DNA of 56,583 nt, from assembly GCA_964470725.1 (NCBI GenBank), contig CAYYEB010000001.1, forward strand, positions 1 to 56,583, written 5' to 3'. The DNA is from an uncultured Lachnospiraceae bacterium (lineage in GTDB: Bacteria; Bacillota; Clostridia; Lachnospirales; Lachnospiraceae). The translations under genes and the position numbers were made by a program. Each line of letters opens with the position of its first letter. Position 1 is the first letter of the stretch. The notes below the pieces were generated by a model, which searched no databases, was not told the DNA's origin, and was given only the letters and a program-made list of their open reading frames with translations. Shown piece after piece: positions 9,426 to 18,400 of the stretch.

Positions 9426-9490
9426 AACAAAAGAGATTTTCCGGTGCTCAAAATCCTTTCGTGCTTGCATCTGAGAGGCATTTTACCAAC
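9416..9490 (+). repeat. Repeat family C, degenerate copy
   Basis: tcgccgataaaac...ttttccggtgctcaaaatc...ttttaccaac aligns with the family C core; overlaps the stop codon at 9425. Confidence 0.55.
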
Positions 9491-9522
9491 ATCTGACATG
9501 TGGAACTGCGAGGAGTAGCAAT

Positions 9523-10446
9523 ATGAGTTTTGATACTGCGGTGATCATCTTAAACTACAAAAGTTCGGATATGACCGAAAACTGCGTGGATCAGCTGCTG
9601 CATCTGTCAGTGGAGGCGGATCTTGTGATCGTGGACAATCGTTCTGAAGACGGCTCCTTTGCATATCTGCGGGAAAAATATGCGGATGAGCCGAATGTAT
9701 CCGTAGTGCAGACGGATCACAACGGCGGTTATTCTTATGGAAATAATTTCGGTATCCGGGCGGCGGAACATCTGTCTTCTCATCGTTTCATCGCGATTAT
9801 GAATCCTGATGTCACTCTTAAGAGCAATATCTTTCCGGATCTGACGAAAAAGCTGGATGGGGATCCGCGCTGTGCGGCGATTTCGGGAAAGATGATTCTT
9901 TCCGGAAGAAAAGAGGATAGCGGCGGAGAGATAATCACATGGAGGATCCCGACGGCAAGGGGTGTATACATGGATGCGTTAAAACGCAGAAGACGTTGGG
10001 ACAGGCGCAGAACATACAAAAGAGTGGATGATCGTTATGTCCGAACCGAGCTTCTGCCTGGCAGCTTCTTTGTGATCAAAAAAGACATTTTTCAAAAAAT
10101 CGGATGGTTTGATGAGGGAGAATTCCTTTATAATGAGGAAAATATTCTTGGAATCAAACTGAAAAGGCTGCATCTGTATTGCCTGATCGACACGTATGTT
10201 TCTTATGAACATCATCACACATTCGGGTATGGACACACTCCGCTTTATAATTATCAGCACAATATGAGCCGGATTCTTGCACAGAATCAAAGAGAATATA
10301 CTTCAAGAGAGTATTTATGCAGGCAGTATTATGGCGGAAAGTATAGCGGGAGGCTGAAGACGGTTCACAGAATCAACACGTTGAGGATCTATTGTAAATA
10401 CCTGATCGGGCGCATGATCGGTATTGTGTACCGGCCAAAGCAGTAA
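9523..10446 (+). CDS. Glycosyltransferase family 2
   Basis: VIILNYK, VIVDNRSEDGS, NGGYSYGNN, MNPDV, FDEGEFLYNEE. Confidence 0.88.
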   Translation: MSFDTAVIILNYKSSDMTENCVDQLLHLSVEADLVIVDNRSEDGSFAYLREKYADEPNVSVVQTDHNGGYSYGNNFGIRAAEHLSSHRFIAIMNPDVTLKSNIFPDLTKKLDGDPRCAAISGKMILSGRKEDSGGEIITWRIPTARGVYMDALKRRRRWDRRRTYKRVDDRYVRTELLPGSFFVIKKDIFQKIGWFDEGEFLYNEENILGIKLKRLHLYCLIDTYVSYEHHHTFGYGHTPLYNYQHNMSRILAQNQREYTSREYLCRQYYGGKYSGRLKTVHRINTLRIYCKYLIGRMIGIVYRPKQ

Positions 10447-10471
10447 GAAGCAAGATAAGGAGACGTTGACG

Positions 10472-11932
10472 TTGGAGCAGAAAACCTATAAATCTCTCGG
10501 AACAAATGCAATACTGAATGCCGTCCGCAGCGGCCTTTCCATTGCATTTCCGCTGATTACATATCCGTATGCGTTTCGTGTTCTGCATGCGTCAGGCATG
10601 GGGAAAATCAACTATGCAACCTCGATTGTGAGCTATTTTTCTCTGGCGGCGGGACTGGGAATTTCCACATACGCGGTGCGTCAGGGGGCAAGAATCCGGG
10701 AAGATAAAAGGGCAATAAACAGGTTTGCTTCTGAAATCCTGAGCTTTAATCTTCTGACCACACTTGCCTCCTGTACCGCACTTTTTTTGTGCCTTCTTTT
10801 TATTCCGAAACTTCAGGCATACAGGTCGGTGACACTGATCCTCGGGACCACGATCCTTTTTACAACGGTCGGAATGGAGTGGCTGATTACGGTTTATGAG
10901 GACTATCTCTTTGTGACCATCGAGAGTATTGTGACGCATGTGCTATCGATGATTCTCCTCTTTCTTCTGGTAAAAACGGCGAAGGATGTTCTGCGGTATG
11001 CTGCCCTTACGGCATTGACGTCCTTTACCATCTGCCTGATGAACCGCATCTACTGCAGAAAATATGTGAAGCTGTCACTGACGCGGCACATGAATCTTCA
11101 GACACACCTTCGGCCGATTTTGAATTTTTTTGCAAATTCGGTGGCGACAACAATTTATGTGAGCTCTGATACGACAATGCTGGGCTGGATGGAAGGAGAT
11201 TATTATGTCGGCATTTATTCCATTGCCGTCAAGATCTATACCGTGATCAAGCAGCTGATGGCGGCGCTCTATCAGGTGGCGATTCCCCGCATTTCCTATT
11301 ATGCAGGAAGAAAAGATGATGGGCATATCCGGGATATTTATACAAAGATTATCTGTGCACTGACAATCGTTCTGCTCCCTGTGGCTGCGGGACTTGCCGC
11401 AGTATCCCGCGAGATCATCCGGATTATGGGCGGGCCGGAATATGAAGAGGCCGCAGTGACACTGGCCATTCTGGCGGTATCACTTATCGGGGCGATCTAC
11501 GGGGGAGCCGTTACCTACTGCCTCAATATTCCACTGGAACGGGAGAAATATAATGTGCAGGCGACAGGGATCAGTGCAGTCTTGAATATCGGTCTCAATC
11601 TTTTCATGATTCCGCTCTTCCGACAAAACGGAGCTGCGGTGACAACGGCTATATCCGAGTTCTTTGTTTTTCTTTATTCTGCGGTACTTCTTCGAAAACA
11701 GGTAAGTCAGAAATATCTTGTTTGGAACAGAGTCGGAAAAAGTCTTCTTCATGCCGGTGTCGGCGTCCTGACGATCGGATGCATCACATTTTTGATACAC
11801 CGTTCCGCGATTTCGGAAATACCGGGATTCTTTCTGATTGTGTTACTCAGTATTGGGGTCTATGCGGCGGAACTTTTTCTCTTTCAGGATGAGACGGCAA
11901 TCTACTATGGTCGAAAGCTGATGAGACGGTAA
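10472..11932 (+). CDS. Wzx-type polysaccharide flippase
   Basis: ~12-14 TM; FPLITYPYAFRVL, LGISTYAVR, DTTMLG..VGIYS, LIP...NGAA..T; TTG 10472 follows AAGGAG (ORF track start 10424). Confidence 0.9.
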   Translation: MEQKTYKSLGTNAILNAVRSGLSIAFPLITYPYAFRVLHASGMGKINYATSIVSYFSLAAGLGISTYAVRQGARIREDKRAINRFASEILSFNLLTTLASCTALFLCLLFIPKLQAYRSVTLILGTTILFTTVGMEWLITVYEDYLFVTIESIVTHVLSMILLFLLVKTAKDVLRYAALTALTSFTICLMNRIYCRKYVKLSLTRHMNLQTHLRPILNFFANSVATTIYVSSDTTMLGWMEGDYYVGIYSIAVKIYTVIKQLMAALYQVAIPRISYYAGRKDDGHIRDIYTKIICALTIVLLPVAAGLAAVSREIIRIMGGPEYEEAAVTLAILAVSLIGAIYGGAVTYCLNIPLEREKYNVQATGISAVLNIGLNLFMIPLFRQNGAAVTTAISEFFVFLYSAVLLRKQVSQKYLVWNRVGKSLLHAGVGVLTIGCITFLIHRSAISEIPGFFLIVLLSIGVYAAELFLFQDETAIYYGRKLMRR

Positions 11933-12062
11933 GTTGACGATTTGAGCAGAAGATCGGCCTTCTGTACTTGATTCAATATGGAAGTGAGAGTCAGGTTACC
12001 TTAAAATAGATGAAGCTTATGATCATATTCACAGAAAGATGCGATGCAATAAGGGGTATAAC

Positions 12063-13703
12063 ATGATTTCTATTGGTTCAACCAAAAAAGTGTATAAGGA
12101 GCCGGATCCGGCATCACTTATTTTTACAAGGTGGATGCTCTGGCTCTATCTGCTGGCGTTCTGTGTGATCTATCCGTTTTATTATGAGGATCACTATTAC
12201 AATATGGGGGATGCAAAATGGCATTTCTTCAGGACCATCACATTTTACTGGACCCATGGGGATTTTATCATTCCCGGCCTTCTGATGATTGTACTTGCAT
12301 TTTCCGTCTGGTATCTGATCACCCTCGGAGTGAGGGGAGAACTCCGGGAGAAGATGCACTGCTCTGTGACGGACAGATTTGTGCTGGTATATCTGATCCT
12401 GGTGACAGTATCGGCACTGCTGGCGCCCGATAAGACCAATGTGCTGTGGGGATTTACCGGCTGGTACATGGGATATATGGCACAGCTGTCTTTTGTTCTG
12501 CTGTATTTTCTGGTTTCAAGGTTCTGGTTGGCGGATGGCGCGGGAATTTTTCTGGCACTGGCAGTTTCGGAAATCACGTTTATTCTGGCAATTCTCAATC
12601 GTTTCAAGATTGATCCGCTGGGAATTTATGATGGAAATATTGACGGCACGCATTATTTTGTATCGACATTCGGAAATACAACATGGTATGGCTGTTATCT
12701 CACCATTATGCTGGCCATCGGGGTGTATTACTTCTGGGATACGAAAAAGCTCTGGATCAAACTGATGGCGGGGGTGCTGGTTGCGACCGGCTTTATGACT
12801 GCGGTGACGACGGACTCAGATGCAGTATTTGTGGGACTCTTTGGAATTCTGTCGGCGCTCTTTTTCTTTTCCTGTAAAGACGCACGGCATTTTAAGAATT
12901 TCTGGCTGGTCATTGTGATCGGGCTGGCGTCGTTTAAGGCAATCGGAGTCCTGCGGCTGCTTTTTCCGAAACAGAGCGTCTGGCTGCATGCAATTCCGCT
13001 CTTTTTATCAGTGGGAAATGGGATGTGGGCGGCTCTGGCAGCGGCCGTTGCTATTTACATTCTTGTGTGTGCTCTGGACCGGGAAGAGAAGCTGAATTTC
13101 CGGGTGATCGGAGCGTTTCGCTGGATTTACATCGGACTGGTCATCGCCGGTATTACACTTTTGGTTGTGTATATAGTGCTCAATACGAACGGACTTCTTC
13201 CTGAAAGCCTCAGCAGTGACAGTAATTACCTGCTCTGGAACGACAGGTGGGGAGACAACCGGGGCGGCAACTGGACCGTATCCGTGCTGTCATTTTTCCG
13301 CACATTTAAGGATAATCCTTTATGCTTTCTTTTTGGGGCGGGACCGGATAATTTTCATGTGACGGTGTATAAATACTACAATGCGCGGCTGCATCAGATC
13401 GCCTATAATGCGACATTTCCCCACAATGCAAATGCGGTTCTGACCTGTGCCCACAACGAATGGCTGTGCGCCTTTATGAATTACGGACTGCTCGGAGGTA
13501 TTGCATATCTTGGAATCTTCGTGTCGGCTGTACGCAGGTTTTCCAAAAAGAGCAAGGATTGTCCGCAGGCGGCCGCTGGAGTGATTGCGGTCATTGCCTA
13601 TTTTGCATTTGATTTCTTCTGCTACCAGCAGATCATCAGCACTCCGCTCATTTTCATCGTGATCGGTGCAACGGAGTATCTGGTGACACAGTCAAAGGCA
13701 TAA
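12063..13703 (+). CDS. O-antigen ligase-like (WaaL/Wzy_C) polytopic membrane protein
   Basis: ~13 TM; STFGN, LFGAGPDNF, AHNEWL....YGLLG motifs; ATG 12063 follows AAGGGG. Confidence 0.78.
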   Translation: MISIGSTKKVYKEPDPASLIFTRWMLWLYLLAFCVIYPFYYEDHYYNMGDAKWHFFRTITFYWTHGDFIIPGLLMIVLAFSVWYLITLGVRGELREKMHCSVTDRFVLVYLILVTVSALLAPDKTNVLWGFTGWYMGYMAQLSFVLLYFLVSRFWLADGAGIFLALAVSEITFILAILNRFKIDPLGIYDGNIDGTHYFVSTFGNTTWYGCYLTIMLAIGVYYFWDTKKLWIKLMAGVLVATGFMTAVTTDSDAVFVGLFGILSALFFFSCKDARHFKNFWLVIVIGLASFKAIGVLRLLFPKQSVWLHAIPLFLSVGNGMWAALAAAVAIYILVCALDREEKLNFRVIGAFRWIYIGLVIAGITLLVVYIVLNTNGLLPESLSSDSNYLLWNDRWGDNRGGNWTVSVLSFFRTFKDNPLCFLFGAGPDNFHVTVYKYYNARLHQIAYNATFPHNANAVLTCAHNEWLCAFMNYGLLGGIAYLGIFVSAVRRFSKKSKDCPQAAAGVIAVIAYFAFDFFCYQQIISTPLIFIVIGATEYLVTQSKA

Positions 13704-13725
13704 ATCTTTTGTGATCATGTTAAGA

Positions 13726-13971
13726 CCTCGCACCATAAGAGCCGCCCTGTCCCTGTGTTCAGGAATCGATACGTAAGCCAACTCTAAGAAAAGTTCGCCA
13801 TTGCGAAAAGCCGGTGAAAATCCGCCCGACTCACCTGGTATCTCGCTCACCGAAAGTTCCCGACGTTCACACAGCGGATTTTCACCGAACGCAACAGCGA
13901 ACTTTTCAAGAGTCGCTAACGCATCTCATATTCACACAGGGACAGAGCGGCTCTCATGACGCTCGAATATG
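13726..13971 (+). repeat. Long palindromic repeat family B, copy 1 (~245 bp)
   Basis: Nested inverted repeats (gagccgccctgtccctgtg / cacagggacagagcggctc; gaaaagttcgc / gcgaacttttc; cggtgaaaatccgc / gcggattttcaccg); near-identical to the reverse complement of 15123..15366. Confidence 0.92.
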
Positions 13972-14149
13972 CCATGAAAAAGCTACTGTTCAAAATAATG
14001 CGAAAAAGTGGCAGTGAAATAAGAAGCTGAGTGTCATAAGATTTTTATGGTAAATGATACGGTGTTGTGATACGATAACCACGGTTATGAAAACTGCGTG
14101 CGGACATGTATCACGTTCTGCCGCTTGGCACATTCTTGGGAGGCTTACA

Positions 14150-15022
14150 TTGAAGGAATTTAAACCTGTAAAGGAAGGCAAAGTACGTGAAATTTATGAC
14201 ATCGGCGACAACCTGATTATGGTTGCGACGGACCGGATCTCTGCATTTGATGTCATTTTGAAAAATAAGGTGACAAAAAAGGGAACTGTTCTGACACAGA
14301 TGTCCAAATTCTGGTTTGATTATACAAAGGATATCATTCCGAACCATATGATCAGTGTGGACGTAAATGATATGCCGGAATTTTTCAGACAGCCGCAGTT
14401 TGACGGAAACAGCATGATGTGCAAGAAGCTGAAGATGCTTCCGATTGAGTGCATTGTCCGCGGATATATCACAGGATCAGGCTGGAAGAATTATGTTAAG
14501 GATGGCACAATTGCCGGACTGAAACTTCCGGAAGGTCTCAAGGAATGCGGAAAGCTTCCTGAACCGCTCTATACACCATCCACAAAGGCTGAGATCGGTG
14601 ATCACGATGAGAATATCAACTATGAACAGTCCATTGATGTTCTGGAAAAGATTTATCCGGGCAAGGGCGAGGAATACGCAAAGAAACTTCGTGATTCCAC
14701 AATTGCGCTTTATAAGAAATGTGCAGACTATGCACTGACACGGGGCATCATCATCGCTGATACCAAATTTGAATTCGGTCTGGATGAAAACGGCAATGTA
14801 GTGCTTGGTGATGAGATGCTGACTCCGGACAGTTCCCGTTTCTGGCCGGTGGAAGGATACGAAGAGGGCCACGATCAGCCATCTTTCGATAAGCAGTTTG
14901 TCCGCAACTGGCTGAAAGCACATCCGGACAGCGACTACAACCTGCCGCAGGATGTTATTGACAAGACGATTGCAAAATACAAGGAAGCATACAAGCTTCT
15001 GACGGGCAAGGAAATTCAGTAA
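14150..15022 (+). CDS. purC: Phosphoribosylaminoimidazolesuccinocarboxamide (SAICAR) synthase
   Basis: GKVREIY, ATDRISAFD, IECIVRGY.TGS, ADTKFEFG, DEMLTPDSSRFW, SFDKQ; TTG 14150 follows GGGAGG (ORF-track extension from 14054 is likely spurious). Confidence 0.96.
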   Translation: MKEFKPVKEGKVREIYDIGDNLIMVATDRISAFDVILKNKVTKKGTVLTQMSKFWFDYTKDIIPNHMISVDVNDMPEFFRQPQFDGNSMMCKKLKMLPIECIVRGYITGSGWKNYVKDGTIAGLKLPEGLKECGKLPEPLYTPSTKAEIGDHDENINYEQSIDVLEKIYPGKGEEYAKKLRDSTIALYKKCADYALTRGIIIADTKFEFGLDENGNVVLGDEMLTPDSSRFWPVEGYEEGHDQPSFDKQFVRNWLKAHPDSDYNLPQDVIDKTIAKYKEAYKLLTGKEIQ

Positions 15023-15050
15023 TCAAAATTTAGTTTTACCCAAAAATCAT

Positions 15051-15100
15051 AAAACCTCAGAATCCCTTTCCACGAGTGTGAAGGGTATTCTGGGGTTTTT
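15051..15100 (+). terminator. Intrinsic terminator after purC
   Basis: aaaacctcagaatccctt...aagggtattctggggttttt stem-loop with T tail. Confidence 0.75.
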
Positions 15101-15122
15101 ATAATATGATAACGGCTTGTCA

Positions 15123-15366
15123 CATATTCGAGCACCAGTATTCCCGCTCTGCTCGGTGTGAATATGAGATGCGTTAGCAACTCTTGAAAAGTTCGATGTT
15201 GCGTTCGGCGAAAATCCGCTGTGTGAACGTCGGGAACTCTCGTTGAGCGGGACGTCAGGTGAGTCGGGCGGATTTTCACCGGCTTTTCGCAATGGCGAAC
15301 TTTTCTTAGAGTTGGCTTACGTATCGATTCCTGAACACCGAACAGAGCGGGGATACTGGTGCGAGG
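15123..15366 (-). repeat. Long palindromic repeat family B, copy 2 (inverted relative to copy 1)
   Basis: Reverse complement matches 13726..13971 in the core; the outer stem differs in sequence but still pairs (ccagtattcccgctctgctcggtg / caccgaacagagcggggatactgg). Confidence 0.92.
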
Positions 15367-15417
15367 GACTGACAAGGAAAGATGACCCAGGAAATCATAA
15401 ACGCGCCCTTGACAATA

Positions 15418-15426
15418 TGCTATAAT
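15418..15426 (+). promoter_or_regulatory. Putative extended -10 promoter of polC
   Basis: TG-C-TATAAT ~40 bp upstream of the ATG; no properly spaced -35. Confidence 0.5.
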
Positions 15427-15463
15427 ACATACATAACGCAATTCAGCGCCAAAGGAGACTTAC

Positions 15464-18400
15464 ATGGATCGAAAGCCGATGCCATTCAGAGAGGCATTTC
15501 CGAACTTAAAACTGGATGAACGGGTGGAAAAATATCTGGACATCATCGTTGTCAACCGCGTTTGTGTCAACGGATCGCGGACCAGAATGCATGTCTATAT
15601 CACTGCGACGAACTGGATCCGGAAATCCTACATCTATCAGATTGAGGATGCAATTGCGGAGCAGATCTTCGGCCATGTGGAAATGGAAGTCAAGATCATT
15701 GAGCGCTTTGAGCTCTCCGTGGCCTATACACCGGCAAAATTCTATGATGTCTACAGGACCAGTATGCTCCTGGAACTCAAGCAGGTGAGCCCCCTTGTAC
15801 GGCAGAGCTTTCTCCATGCGGACATCACTTTCCCGGATGAACATACCATCCGGGCTGAAATGCCGGATACGATTGTCAATGAGGATCGGAAGGAAGCGAT
15901 ACGGGACTATCTGGAAAAAGTGTTCCGTGACAGAGCCGGCTTTCAGGGAATTTCCGTGGATATTGAACTTGTAGAGGAGAAAAAGAAGGAGAAGGAAGAA
16001 CTCTTTGAGGATGTGGACCAGAAGATCGAACTCAAGATCGCTAACGTCCTTCGCCGCAACTCCCGTGCAAAAGAGGAAGTCAAAGAGGAAAAGAAGCTCC
16101 CGGTTTCCGAGGAGCAGAAGGCACAGAGAAAGAAATTTGTCCTGAATGCCAACGATCCGACCGTGATCTACGGCAAGAATTTCGATTCCGAGCCGGAACC
16201 CATAGAGAGCATCGGCAATGATCCGAGAACGGTAACCATTCGCGGAGAGGTATTCCAGGCTGAGGAACGTGAAACAAGATCGGGAAGAATTATTTTTACG
16301 GTCTCCCTGACGGACTATACAGACTCATTACGCATGAAGCTGTGGTTCGATAAGGAAGAGGAAGAGGCGTATACTTCCGTGTTTAAGAAGGGCGCCTGCT
16401 TTATCGTGCGCGGTATGATGGACTTTGATCCCTTCGATCGGGAGCTTATGATCAAGTCTGTGTTCGGTATCAAGAAGATTCCGCCATTTAAAGAAGAGCG
16501 AAACGACACGTCACCGGAAAAACGTGTGGAGCTTCACTGTCATACCAAGATGTCCGATATGGATGCGGTTTCTTCCGCAACGGATATCATCAAACAGGCC
16601 TACCATTTTGGCATGAAGGCTCTTGCCATTACCGATCATGGTGTGGTGCAGGCTTTTCCGGAGGCACATAAGGCACTCGGCGGCAAGGGAGGCATTCCGA
16701 AAGATGCCGACTTCAAAGTCATTTACGGAATGGAAGGATACCTTGTCGATGATATGAAAAATATTGTTACGGGTCCGCTGCATGGAAACATTCTTGACGA
16801 TGCCGTTGTCTTTGATGTAGTGACGACGGGGCAGAGCCCTTATAACCACGATATGATCGAACTCTCGGCAATTAAGGTGGAGAAGGGCCAGCTGAAGGAT
16901 GAATATACCACTCTCGTCAATCCGGGTCGTCCGATTCCGTTTGCCATGCAGACGGAAACCGGAATCAACGACAACATGGTTGCGGATTCTCCGGATATCG
17001 GAACGGCGGTGAGGGATTTCCTGAAATTTGCCGGAGATCTTCCGCTTGTGGCATATGATGCCGATATGGCGGTCAACTTCCTGATGGCCGCATGCAAAAA
17101 GGAAAATATTAAGGTAACTCTTACGGATGCGCAGATCGATGAACTGGTCCGGGGAGTCGATGAGGAAGAATCCGAAGAGAAGAAACAGGAAGAAGAGCAG
17201 CAGAAAGCTGAAGAAAATGCAAAGGAAGAACAGCGCCTTGTTGAACTGAAGGAGCGTGTCGCGAAGGCGAAAAATCACGGTGAAGAGCTTTCCGAAGAGG
17301 ATAAAGCCGCGGCCCGCGCAGCCGGAATGAAAGTGACGGAAGCCGAGGAGGAAGCAGCACAGGAAGCGGAGATGAAGGCAGCTGAGGCGGAACTTGCCGA
17401 AAAGGAAAAAGCGGAACAGGAAGCCGCAGAGGGAACTGCGGAAGAGAAGTCCTGGCCGGCGGCATCAGATGAATCAGCTGCAAAAACGGTCGTTGCTTCT
17501 GCAGAAGAAACAGTTTCTGCTGACAAAGTTCCGGAAGAAGATTCCTGCGAAAAAGAGAAAATAAAGCCTATTGCCCCGGAACACCGCAGAGAAGTCATGG
17601 AAAAACTTGGAATTGCGGATCACACGATCGATGGCATGACGCTTCTGCGCCATCATACGTATCTTGATATTCCGGCCATGGTCCGCTTTCTGATTCCCGA
17701 AATGGGAAGAATCCGCTTCAAGACCATTGTCAAACATCTGAAACTGAACTGCCGGGACGATATGCGTGCACAGCCGAGAGCGGAAGCCATGGCGCTCGCC
17801 TGGACAAAGTTCCAGAAAATGATGGAGGAACGGGATATCCATACCTTCCGGGAACTCAACAGCTGCGGTATCGTCTCTCCGGAACGAGCGAGAAATCTGC
17901 CCTACTATCACATTATCATTCAGGCACAGAACGTGGATGGCAAGTACAACCTGTACCGTCTGGTCTCGGAGTCGCACCTGCACTATTTTAAACGAAGACC
18001 GCTGATTCCTCGTTCCCTCTTAAATGAAAAGAGAAAGGGACTGATTCTCGGATCCGCCTGCTCGGCAGGCGAACTTTATAAGGCAATTCTGGCGGGAGCC
18101 TCAGATGCAGAACTTGCCCGGATTGTGGAATACTACGACTATCTGGAGATTCAGCCGACAGGCAACAACCACTTTCTTCTGGAGGATCCGCGCAGCGGAA
18201 TCAAGACGGAGGAGGATCTTCGGGATATCAATCGCAAGATCGTAAAGCTGGGCGAAGAATTTCACAAACCGGTCTGTGCGACCTGCGACGTGCATTTTCT
18301 GAATCCGGATGATGCGATTTACCGCTCCATTATTCAGGCGGGACACGGATTCAAGGATCCGAAGCAGCCGCCGCTTTATCTTCACACAACGGATGAAATG

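Noticed and set aside
13814-14017. Paralogous-looking small ORFs here and at 15016..15441 (KIRPTHL)
   Set aside because: Translations of repeat family B; no SD, inconsistent ends
14054-14149. Possible ZTP/PRPP/purine riboswitch or N-terminal extension of purC
   Set aside because: Only a gtgatac/gtatcac pair and aaccacgg; core riboswitch consensus not found; the real start is TTG 14150 with a strong SD
13726-15366. CRISPR array or tRNA/rRNA among the repeats
   Set aside because: No regularly spaced direct repeats with unique spacers, no cas genes, no cloverleaf or rRNA signatures anywhere in the window
15409-15426. Perfect TTGACA and TATAAT before polC as a -35/-10 pair
   Set aside because: Spacer is only 6 bp; kept only as an extended -10
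17115-17650. Intein in PolC
   Set aside because: No N-terminal Cys/Ser block, no His-Asn followed by Cys/Ser/Thr, no LAGLIDADG; low-complexity acidic composition
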